Assembly: GCF_009834535.1 (NCBI RefSeq)
Contig: NC_045696.1
Location: forward strand, 99,884,001 to 99,948,000
Length of the DNA stretch: 64,000 nt
Origin: Camelus ferus
Taxonomy: Eukaryota
Direction of reading: 5' to 3'
Shown in pieces: positions 41,768-52,845 of the stretch. The stretch's first letter is position 1. Each line of letters opens with the position of its first letter. A program made the position numbers and the translations under genes. The notes beneath the pieces are model-generated. The model saw nothing but the letters and a program-made list of their open reading frames with translations. It had not been told where the DNA came from and did not search any database.

Positions 41768-42301
41768 TGATATCTCATTGTAGTTTTCATTTGCATTTCT
41801 CTGATAATTAGCAATATTGAGAAGATGTGGTATGTATACATAATGGAATACTACTCAGCCATAAAAAAGAATGAAATAATGCCATTTTCAGCAACATGGA
41901 TGGACTGAGAGATTATATGCTAAGTGAAATAAGCCAGAAAGAGAAAGAAAAATACCATATGATATCTCTTATATGTGGAATCTAAAAAAAATGACACAAA
42001 TGAAGTTATTTTCTAAACAGAAACTGATAGAAAACAAAATCATGGTTCAGAGGGGAAAGGGGGTAGGGAGGGATAAACTGGGAGTTCTCAGGATTTGCAG
42101 ATACTAACTACTAGATATAAAATAGATAAACAACAAGGTCCTACTGTATAGCACAGGGAACTATATTTAATATCTTATAATAACCTATATTGAAAAAGAA
42201 TATGAAAAGGAAGTATATACATATATATATAACTGAATCACTATGCTGTACACCAGAAACTAACACAACACTGTATATCAACTATACTTCCATTAAAAAA
42301 A
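41768..42301 (+). mobile_element. LINE-1 3' end with a short inverted 5' segment
   Basis: 41821-42301 is sense L1 ORF2 end and 3'UTR, similar to 15302-15803; 41768-41820 is the reverse complement of an upstream ORF2 segment (AGAGAAATGCAAATGAAAACTACAATGAGATATCA). Confidence 0.88.
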
Positions 42302-42859
42302 TAATTTCCTCCACAGCACACCATACTGAGACCTATTGACGTCATTTGGAGCTAAAGAAGACCTGTATTTCTTAATTATCTTTGAGCCCAAGGATAATAT
42401 CAAATAAACAAGCAGCTTTCTTCCAAATCTCAAAGCTTAAAGTATCAACAGATGATAAAGTTTAATTTGCTTGATTTCTGAGAGTCTGGCCTCTCAGAGA
42501 GAGTCAGCCTTGCAGAACTTCTTGGAAAGTACTGAGTGGAGATCAGGACTGGTCCACAAACCAGCCACAACTACCAAGTTTGGACCTTAATACCTACCAT
42601 GACAGAGGAGTAAGTGGTGCTTTCTCAACCAAGATTAGTGAGAAAAGGAATTGGGCTGACTGGTAAGGTTATGCCACATCTCACTGCTGTCTGTATTAGT
42701 TTAGATTCAGGAATGATTACCAAAAGTGTAACTGGGATGGCATGAGACCAAAGTAATCAGAATAAATGCTAAGGTTGATGGATTTCTAAAGGTTTCTCCC
42801 CCAGTTTTCCATCCTCTGGTTAGTTGATTAAATACTTGTCTAGGTTGGGCTGGGGAAGT

Positions 42860-43347
42860 TATTAAGGTTACTAATCAGCTCATCTTAAGATAGGGAGTCT
42901 CCTGGATTATCCAGGTGAGCCCAGTGCAATCACATGAGGCCTAAGAAGCAGAAGAGGAAGAAGAGGCAGTAAGAAAGATGCAGCAGAGATGGAGGTCAGA
43001 TTCTCAGCATGAGGAGGATTCAACACACAATTGATGGCCTGAGATGTATGGATGGACCTATGTGGAGCTAAGGGCAGGGACTGGGCTGACAGCCAACAAA
43101 GAAACCAGGACCTCACTTTACAACCACAATGAAATGAATTTCACCAACAACCTGAATGAGTTTGGAGGTGGATTCTTTCCAGAGCTTCCAGTTAAGAGCT
43201 CTTGATTCAGCCTTTGAGACTTAGACCAGAGAACCCAGTCAAGCCAACCCTGACTTCCGACTTACAGAACTATGAAATACAATTTGTGTTATTTTAAGCT
43301 GCTAATTTTATAGTAATTTGTTACAGCAGCAATAAGAATCTAATATA
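42860..43347 (+). mobile_element. MLT1 (MaLR) LTR, MLT1D-like
   Basis: CCTGGATTATCCAGGTGAGCCCAGTGCAATCACA..ATTTGTGTTATTTTAAGC..GTAATTTGTTACAGCAGCAATAAGAATCTAATATA; 5' end approximate. Confidence 0.85.
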
Positions 43348-46300
43348 AATGCCCAACCTATGAGTAGAATTGCAGAAGGCTACACACTGTAACTGCTAAC
43401 TACCAGCCTTGGCTATGCCATGTAATGTTTTACCTGAAACTAGTATTACTGCCCAACTAGCTACTGAAATACAGAAAGTGTGTTGCTGCATATTTCCTCT
43501 TACATTCTGTTTACAAGCAAATAACATAAATGGCATAAATTAAATATCTGAATACTCACTACCACGTAAACTAGTCTCACTCTGTACACATATTCAGTGG
43601 CAAGGGCCAATAGTGCTGATACTTAATAATTTCATACCTGGCACTCTAACCCACTCAACACACTCTAGAGGCTCACAAGTTTGATGTAGACTTTTATATA
43701 CTAATAAATAATAAAATATAATCATGACAATTATTACCTGATATTATGCAAACTTTGAATAGATTTTTGAAGGAAATAATCTCTATACACTAAATGAAAA
43801 CAGGATATTAAATTGTGTCAACTGTCTGAGCCTGATTTTATTAAAAATACAAATATACTTACATATACAAAGACGACTGGAAAGAAATACCTTACATTAT
43901 AGTGGTTATTAATGTGTGATAAGCTTATTAGTGATTGGTATATATTCTTATTTATATATTTTATAAAATTTCTATATAATATCACTTTGCAATTTGATTG
44001 AAAAAAAAAAAAACGCTGAACATGAATCTGTAAAATTTGTTTGTTATTTATACACATGGCACTAATTCTATATATTACTTTGCCAAATTGAACTTTTAGC
44101 ACCTTGGTTTCCTCATCTTCAAAAATAAATTGATCTAAAGGATCTCACATTTCTTTGAACACAAAAATTCTAAGAATATCTAAATATGGAAGTGTCAAGA
44201 AAACCCTAGGTTTATAATGGATCACCCTAGAATCATCACTTGGACTTGGCACCTTGTTACTTTTCTCCTTCATATCAGTCCTGCATAGGTCCCTTATGAG
44301 CATTTTTTGAACACTGAACACAGTCCTCTCTTAAATCACAATAAATAATCTTCTTGTTTTCCAACATATTACAACATGAGTTTTGAAGACAGTAAGATAG
44401 TAAAAAACAAGAGCACAAACCATTGGGAATTTGCTATCCTAATTTTTCTTTATATTAAGTCATATTCTTATATAAATGACAACTACATAGAATTGTTTGA
44501 CTTTCCTTTTCAAAATATTTATGCTTTTCTAATTGCCTTATATGAATATTAGGCATACCAAAATAAAGTTTGTTTATGTATCTGAAGAAAGTTTTTAATT
44601 GAATTCATTATTCTAAAATTATATAGATATAGACGACATTCATCAAAACTATTTTGTATCATTAGAATTGGATTTAGCCATCTAAATTAAAACTTAATGA
44701 ACACTATGTGTATCAGTTTTCATTTTAAAAAAACCTGTTATTCATATATTTCATTCTTTAAGTAGAAATATAAATACATGTTCAGGTGGAAGCTAATTTG
44801 GTACAACTCTTTTGGAAAAGATTTTAGCAAGATATATGAAGAGAATTAAAATGATCAAGCACTTTGACCCCAAAATCCACCTGGAAATTTATCCTCATGA
44901 GATGATTCAAAAGAAAAAAAAAAAGATAAATGATGGATATATACTTCCAGTTTAAAAATTTCATTCAACTATGAGCTTAAAAAATCTATTAGCATCTATC
45001 CTGAATTGTTTGAATTTCTCATCTACACAACCAGATTATCCCTAATTTCTTAATGCACTAATTTACATTAACCTTATAAGCCTAAAGAGTGAATTAGAAA
45101 CTTAGTCCTCACTGAAGGGATGGTTTGGAATCTGTTTAACAGACTAATAAGTGCAAATCACATCCCTTGAAATACCACTATATTTAGCTTATCACTCATG
45201 GCTATGAAAATTTGTCTTCACTGTCATCTCTTTACAAATGAATATATGACCAAATAAATAAATGCAAATCCTTCTCTGGTACGAATTTAAATAATATTAC
45301 TTTGCAAATGAATTCAGTTCACCATCTCAGTTTGCAAATTTTCAAATTGCTTCAGTACCAAGCAATTTCTTCCTTGCACCACACACACACACACAAACAT
45401 AACTAATAGCACATCATTACTGGAAAGATCAAGACTAAAGTTTTCTTTGTTTTCTCTTTTTAAAAATGAGGATAAAATGTTGAATTACCACCCATACTGA
45501 ACTGGTGAAAGTAGAGCGAACATCTGACCAAACTATAAGTGGCTGCCACGTGTTACTGCTTGTTTTCAATGTTCATTCCACTGGTGACTCCATTGTAGGC
45601 GACACAAATAAGCTGTAATGTGATCAGAAGAAAAGCAAGCAAAGGGCAAACATGATAAAGTATAATTAAGTAACTGAGATTTTTATCTATTGATCTTATT
45701 CAATATAGTAACTATACTGAACTCAGACTGTCATATGACATTATTATTAGAATGATTTATGGGAAAATAAGGAAATGAAAGCATTACTAACCTTCTATGG
45801 TTTTTTGTTTGTAATGCACTACTGTTCTGTTCAGACTTGGCATACATAAAGGAGTATGATACTCAAGCTCAGCCCCTGACTCAGTACCTGAATAGTTGTA
45901 CTTCATAAACATGAGCCCTTTTAATCTGAATATGAAGTTTTTCAGTTAACAGGGTTTCTGATTGTTCTTAGAGTTTAATTAAAATGTCTCTTCTCTTGTT
46001 TTTGATCCTGATACATCCAAGAAAGTTTATGTTTTCAGTTAACAAAGGGTTAGTCCAACGAACTTGATCCCCTTTAGGGTTTTCCATTGCATCGTCAAGG
46101 TTAATAATCTTGTATTTGCTTACAATTACTTTTAAGTAAGCTTGATGAGCAGTCATTTTATTTACTTTAAAAAAATCATAAACTTTATTGTCTGTATTAA
46201 ACTGCCTTCCTTTTTATTCTGCAAATCCCTGAAATGTAGTTTCCATCCCCAACATTTCAATAAAATTGTCCTTGCTGAGATTCGTAATGGCCTTTTACTT

Positions 46301-46469
46301 GTTAGACCCTATGGAAACTTTTACATCTTTGACAGCCAGGACAAATGTATATTAAAAAAGAAAAAAAAAAAAAAAAAAAAACTCTTTTGTGCTTAGATTT
46401 CCTGGATTTTCTTTTAAACCTAATGATTATGTCTTTAGATGGTTATTTAAAATGTCTAAATAAGTAGAA

Positions 46470-47106
46470 AATTTAGGCCCCCAATTGAACTATTTGGTTT
46501 TGTTTTGCTAGTTTGGATTTTGGATAAGTGAACATTGTTTGACTCGTGCAAAGAGAAGAACCAGAACAGATAAGCTCATCAGATGATGACTGAAAAAGCT
46601 ATAGCTACAAGTGGAAGCCTCATGAAAAGATTTAGTTCTGTGCCACCTCTCAAGGTGACCTGATGCAGCAGCCTGGCCAGATGTTCGCTGCTCCCTGAAA
46701 CAGCTCTCAGCACCTCTCTCCCCCTCTCCCTCTCCCTCTCTCCTACCTAGTACACCACAGGAACATGAAATTACAGAGTAAGATCCTACTTTCTTTCCAC
46801 TTTGCTAATATCCACCTACAAGGCTTCGGATTATAGATAAGAATGTGGGGTTTATTTTCTGCTTAGTGACTTCCCTTTCCCTCTGGAACTGACGAAGTGG
46901 AGGGCACAATAAATTAGACACTGCCAGAAAGTCTGTATGAGCACTTCCTTCTTGTCATTCAGTCAAAAGGAAACGATCTTAAGACCTCAGCGCATGACTC
47001 GGCCTTCACAATCACAACCGCAACCTCTTTCACTTCCTGCAGCTGTGAGGCCATCGATCATCTCCTCAATAAAAGTCTCCTCCCCCTTAGTTTCAGGAAC
47101 ATTACA
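46470..47106 (+). mobile_element. Possible old LTR
   Basis: GC-richer block with AATAAA near its end, finishing ..CATTACA; family not recognised. Confidence 0.3.
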
Positions 47107-47824
47107 CTTCTGTTTTACATAGCCTTCTTTGTTCTTCCTTCCTTTCAGTTTTCTTTAAGCAAAGGATACAGAGCTCATGCTCTTGAAATCCTGGTGTCTC
47201 TCATTTGCATTCCAGACCCACTGCTCATGCTGCAAAATTTCAATGGTGTGGGTCCACCTGTTTCGGTAACTTCAATTACTGGATATATTTCAAGTTCTCT
47301 CAACAAGTAGGTAGGAATATCGTAACTATCTACCCATTGGCTCCACTTTCATGTCCCACAGCCATCTCACACCCAACAAATCTAACTAGATTCCATTCTT
47401 AATATCATTCTGTGATCTCTACATATCTGCACCATCAGCTACCCAGTTGTTAAAAATGGAGACATTCTTAAAATAATTCCCTTCCCTTTCCCTCTCCCAA
47501 ACCTGTTGTCTCTAAGCAGCACCTATCCTTTTATTTTTCCTGCCTCTGGAACGCATCTCCTCCTTTCTAATTTCATTAAACATTATCTCACTAATTTTCA
47601 GGATAGTACTCTTGTGTATCTGGAATTGTCACTAAAATGATCTTTATTTTCTCTTATTCTACCAAATCTGAGTAATATTCCCACATGTGCACCAATCACA
47701 GGCAAAGGAGGCAGGCTGGTGTCACTACGATTATCTACTAATGGAAATTCATCCTTTGGGTTAGGACGCTTGTTCCATGAATACATTGTTCCCCAGTACT
47801 TGACCAAAATAGGATTCCCTTACC

Positions 47825-48013
47825 AAGTGGTTCTCAAAGTCAGGTCCAGAGAACAATATTATCAGCATCACATGGGAACTTATTGGAAAAGCAAATTATC
47901 GAGCTCTATTCCAAACCTACTGATTCAGAAAAATTCACGGTAGGGCTTCACAAACTGAGTTTCCACAAGAATTTCAGGTGGTTCTGATGCATGCTAAAAT
48001 TTGAAAACCACTA
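47825..48013. mobile_element. MER5A
   Basis: AGTGGTTCTCAAAGT..CAGCATCACATGGGAACTTATT..GGTTCTGATGCATGCTAAAATTTGAAAACCACT; about 189 bp. Confidence 0.8.
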
Positions 48014-48949
48014 TTTACCATGTAAAAGAGGATGCTGAGTTCTAAGTCGGCAACTAATAGTTTATACTATGCCTAGATATTTTCTAATTAAAAGTACTTT
48101 TCTTCAGAGAGCCTAGTAAAAATTGAAGCAAAAACAGTTAAAAGAAGACAAAACAAACCAAAAACCCAAAGCTATAAAAATCACACAGACAACAAAAAAG
48201 ATGTTAATATACACAGGGGAATAAAATCTTGACAAATTTAAGAAAACGGAACAAAGAGGCAGATGTGGTAACTACTGCAAGACACGGGAAGTTAGAAGTG
48301 TGTAAAGAGGGATGTCAGAATAAGGAGATCCAATTTACCTCTACAGAATCCCAGAGACTAAGGACTTAGTGATTTCAAATAAAAGGGAGAAGAAAGTTGA
48401 AAATCGGAAATCAAAATGAGAAATGCTTGAAAGCCGATATTCGGAGGCATATTCACCCACCCTCCTTCACCGTCTCCATGGAGAGAATGTGGCAATGGTA
48501 TATACCACCCTAAGCAAGGTATAAGAGATTTCTTCCATTTAAAAGAGAACAGAAACATCTAGAGATTCAAAAAAAAAAAATTCACCAAGGAGGAGTTTGA
48601 AAAATAACATTGAAAATAGAAGGTAGTGGATCACTACAGTTGTCCTACCCCTCTTGCAGCAGATAATCAGCAGTCAGAAAGTTAAACCACAAGCAGAAGC
48701 TTCTGCAAACACTGGAAAACTTTGCTGCATAAGTATTAAAAACATATGATAAATTTCAGGTCCATCAAGGAGGAAAAGCTAATAGAAGACTCTCACTAAA
48801 ATTTGGGCTCATTAGTTACCATCTTGCAGCATGAAACAGAAGTAAACCCTGCCACATGGGAGGAAGAGCATAGAGGAAACTTGGTCCACTTGACCTTGGT
48901 GCCAGATACGAGAAAAACAGGTGTATGGAAAAATCTTTATTTATAAGAA

Positions 48950-50035
48950 CACCATTGGTTTCGGACAAAAAAGACTTTAAAGAAAAAACATTACTAGAAA
49001 TAAAGAGGAATGCTTCACTATGACAAAGATGCATCTCATCAGGATAATATAACCACTTTCAGTTTTGGCTAAACACCTTACCACAAAATATATGGGAAAA
49101 AGTCAAGATAAAAAGAAATAGATTAAATCTGTAACTATAGTGGGTGATTTTAATGTTCCTCTGAATAATTGATTGAACAAGCAAACAAAATATCAGCTAA
49201 AGGAACGGCATGATTTATAAACTGACCTAATATAAAAAATACAATACCATACCTGACAAATGAAGAGTACACTTATTTTTTAAGTAATTATATGTACAAA
49301 AATTGGCTGTGTACTGAAGGACCATAATGCAAGTCTCAAAAAATTTCAAATGACTGAAACTATTCATAATACCTTCTTGGACCACAATACAATTGTAAAT
49401 AATAGAATAATAACTAGAAAAATAGCAACTTCTTGGCGATTATGAATAAACAGGTGTCAAGAAAGAAATTATATTGGATATTCTGGGGTACAGTAGGCCT
49501 TCTAAAATAAGATGCAAAGCCCAGCAGTCAGAAGTGAAAATAAAACATTAAAATCTGAAAAACAAAACAAAACAAAACTGTGTATTGTGAAAGCAACTTT
49601 AAATAAGTGACAAGACAAAGACTCACTAGGCAAAAGAATTGCACCTTATTTAACAGATGTGGGATTCAATCCACAGTAGACTACAACAAATCAGCGGGGA
49701 GAAAAATATCATATTCCAAAAGAAAACTCTGTATGAAACATCAGATATATCACAGAACAAAATGGTAAGATATTCAGTAATCACATGAAAAATTGCTCAT
49801 TATCACTAAACAATCAGAATTAATAAAAACAATAGCAATCATTGCCAATCAGAGTAGCAAACATTTAGAATTGATACTTAAGAAGTGGAGTGAGGTGGTA
49901 AAACAAGCATTCCCACACTTTATTGGCAGAACAGAATGATAGGTTTTCTACACTGTGTGCAGAAAGACATGTGCAAGGATTATGACTACAGAATAATCTG
50001 TAATTGTGAAACTGGAAACTAACTACACCTGCTTG
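48950..50035 (+). mobile_element. Heavily decayed L1M ORF2 pieces
   Basis: ATAGTGGGTGATTTTAAT (IVGDFN, endonuclease domain) near 49137 and later ORF2-end motifs; appears to resume after the LTR at about 50681. Confidence 0.6.
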
Positions 50036-50039
50036 ATTA

Positions 50040-50676
50040 TGAGAAAGGAAGGGGGCAGGGCACAGCCATCCAGGGAATGTTACACCAATTAACACCAAAA
50101 TGGTGAAAGATTCAAACCCCAGTAGGTCTTGAGGCTCAAGATGATGGGAGATTTAACTTCTAGTAGATCTTGAGCTTCATTATATGCTTATTGTAATGTA
50201 TTAGCATGGTGAATAACATGCCCACAGGTGCCATGACAGTCCAAAGGCTAGCCACAAAAGGTCAAAGAGTGGGAAATGGCCAACTTCCTAGGAATCTCAG
50301 CCCCTTCCCCAGACTAGTTAGACTGGTCCTTCCACTTACTAGCATATGAAGCCACTGAGCCCATAAAAACTGGCAACAGGGTGCCTTGCAGCCGCTGCCT
50401 CTCTCTCCCTCCATTCGGAGACCTCCCACACTCTGTCTATGGAGTGTATACCTAACTTTACTCTAAATCTGAGCACCCAACCCCCACACCTCAGGGCCTT
50501 TCTTTTCCCTGGATGTATCTCTCTAAATAAATCTACCATTACTGAACTGTGGCTCGCTCTTGAATTCTTTCCTGTGCGAAGCCAAGGTCCCACACTTGGC
50601 GGGGCACATCGCAGGGGCTCAACCAAAGCCTGGGACTCAGCCCTCCTCACACCCTACACCCGTATGTCCTGCATCA
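50040..50676 (+). mobile_element. Intact solo ERV1 LTR, MER41-like
   Basis: TG...CA termini; exact 4-bp duplication ATTA at 50036-50039 and 50677-50680; TATA-like CATAAAAA 50362-50369; AATAAA 50526-50531; CCCACAGGTGCCATGACAG and CTCTTGAATTCTTTCCTGTGCGAAGCCAAG recalled as MER41-family motifs. Confidence 0.85.
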
Positions 50677-50844
50677 ATTAAATCAAGGACATAGTTCTGT
50701 ATTAAAGGCAAGGTGATTTGCAAGATGCTCTGTAAGGTGAAAGAAGCATATCAGAGAAGAGCTTGCATAAAAGAATCCTATTTGTGTAAAAAAAAAAAAC
50801 AAACAACAACAACCCTACGTACGTATATACATATTTGTATATAT

Positions 50845-51010
50845 AATAATTATTGAGTGCTTACTCTGTAGCAAGCATAACCCTAAATTTTTGGTGTATT
50901 TAAACTTCCTTAATCCTCATAAAAATTCTACGAGGTAGATAATTGTAATACCCTCATTTTACAAGTTTAAAAAGAGGCGGAGATTGTAGTTTGAACCAAG
51001 TCACAGACAT
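50845..51010 (-). mobile_element. MIR SINE
   Basis: TATTGAGTGCTTACTCTGT..TTAATCCTCATAA..CTACGAGGTAG..CTCATTTTACA..CAAGTCACA. Confidence 0.7.
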
Positions 51011-51809
51011 GAGAAGGGTTTCTAACCTAAATGGTCTCTCCCTCCTCTTTCCATCTTTTCTCAGTTTTGATCTCTATTCCCCTTACTTCCAACTCCCTTC
51101 CCCTCTCCTCCCACCTACCTCTTCCCTTGATAAATTTCAAGTGTCTGTTAACAGTACAACAAGGAGAAAAGCAGCCGAGGAAGGGGTGTGTAAAAATACA
51201 TATCACTTCTTTTCTCCATATTCAGCTTTATTGCTTGAAAGATCATGTGTTACTTTGATAAATAGAAACTTGAATAGAAAAATAACAACAATGAATCCTT
51301 CATTTGAGTTCAACCTTTTTTTTTTTTTTTTTAACTGTGCCTGTTTGCCTGTAGGGGCGCCGGAAAGAATAAACATTCTAAACACATCTGGGTGATCGGA
51401 CTCTACAGAGGAGTTAACATCACCTGTGAGAGACCGAGCAAGAGAGCGAAGGAGAAAACGTACTCTAAGGGAAAAAATGCTTGACTCGCCTCATTTGTAC
51501 TCGTTACCGCCCCCTGCTTCCTGGCTTGAAAGCAACGGGATTCTAAGGTACGAAGGTCACGGCCCGAGTAAGGAAAATTCCGGAGCCGGGCACCCAGGGT
51601 CCAGCCGGAGGCGGCCACTCCCGTGTTAGTGACGTTCCCAGTTCCAGCTGGTTTCGACGTCTCACTTCCTCGTAGCCCTGAACCCCAGAACCAACGTTTT
51701 TGGAGTCTCTCCGGGGGCAAAGACGGAGCGGGGCAGCGGGTCCGCGCCTGCAGGTCTCAGGCCCTCCCGCAGCGCCGCGGAAGTGCCAGCGCGGGAGGGG
51801 GACAGGAAG

Positions 51810-52011
51810 CCCTTGTGGACACCTAAAATCTAGGAAACGAAACCAAAAGCCACGGGCCTCGGCCCCGCGGTCGCTGGGAAGCCTCTTTCCTGGTGACTTG
51901 CGGGAGAAGCTCGCTTGGACGCCAAGGGCTGGAGGGAAGAGAGCACCGGCCGGCGCCCGGGTTCCGGAACTCGTCTCACGGCAGGGAGCGCTGCAGCGGC
52001 AGCAGCCACAG
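51810..52011 (+). other. PLSCR1: PLSCR1 non-coding exon 1 (start approximate)
   Basis: Ends GCAGCCACAG|gtgggc; joined to exon 2 it gives ..CAGCCACAGAACTAC.., resembling the human PLSCR1 5'UTR junction as I recall it. Confidence 0.65.
51832..51845 (+). promoter_or_regulatory. Interferon-stimulated response element (ISRE)
   Basis: AGGAAACGAAACCA fits GAAANGAAAC; human PLSCR1 is known to carry its ISRE in untranslated exon 1. Confidence 0.85.
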
Positions 52012-52836
52012 GTGGGCGGGGGCGCGCTCTGCCTCCCCACGGGGGCGCCGGGGGCGCCGAGGGCACCGGGCGCCGGCCCTGCGCGGGTTCCCAGCCCGGG
52101 CCGGGGGCGCTGGGGGCTACGTAGGAGGGAGGGGCGCGAGGGCCGGCGGGTTGTATTTTCTCCCAGGTTTAGGGTAGAGGGTAGGGGCTGGGTCCCAGCG
52201 GCTTCCGGAAGCGACCTCAGAAGCACAGCAGGGATCCAGCGAGGGGCCCAGCTGGCCCAGAGGTACCCCGGCCAGTCTCAGGACCTATCCAAGGCCAACG
52301 TGTTTCCTGCCTGAAACCGCCTTGTAGGCTGCACTTTGCTTAGTACATCTTTTCACAGCGCTGGATCATGGGCAGAACCTGGGCTCAGGGGAGTCTGCCA
52401 GCACTTTGGGGGTATTAGAAGGGACGATTAATAGAACCTGCTAGCTGTCCCTGAACAGTAAGTATTAATGACAGCTATGGCTGGAGCCAAAACTATGCTA
52501 GACGCCCTGGAACGCCAGAAGCGGGAAGACACAGGCGGTTTATCATTGAGGATAAAACCATTAGCTCAGGAGTCCACCTGCCTGACTTGAAGCTGCCTCT
52601 ACTGCTTACTCTGAGCAGCATGTTCCTTCCACATGTTCCTCCTTGATCATCTCTGAAATTGTGTAACGATCGAAAGTTACAGGAGTTACAGTATGACGTG
52701 TTGACTTTATCAGACAGGGTCTGTCACTGCAGAATATACTCACTAAACGTTAGCTTTATTATTTTTAGTATTTGACCAAGTCCCTGCTTCTCCAAGCTCC
52801 CTGTCTGGTTCCCATGTGGTTTTATTTAGACAGTTA

Positions 52837-52845
52837 TTCCTGGAA
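52837..52845. promoter_or_regulatory. GAS (STAT) consensus in intron 1
   Basis: TTCCTGGAA; ETS/PU.1-like CAGGAAGTG about 35 bp downstream; motif only. Confidence 0.35.

Larger units (their letters stand above)
51500..52330 (+). promoter_or_regulatory. PLSCR1: CpG island / promoter of PLSCR1
   Basis: Only extended CpG- and GC-rich stretch in the window; ETS-type CGGAAGTG (51778-51785), CACTTCCT, CRE-like TGACGT; no TATA box seen. Confidence 0.9.

Noticed and set aside
21400..50000. Additional scramblase pseudo-exons between the two genes
   Set aside because: No PPGLEYL, CCPC or GKISK-like remnant seen by eye or in the ORF track; a TBLASTN search would be needed to exclude highly decayed copies.
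51403..52314. Long overlapping ORFs (227, 204, 105 aa) on both strands
   Set aside because: Expected from stop-codon scarcity in a GC-rich CpG island; low-complexity R/G/P/A content, and they run across the exon-1 donor.
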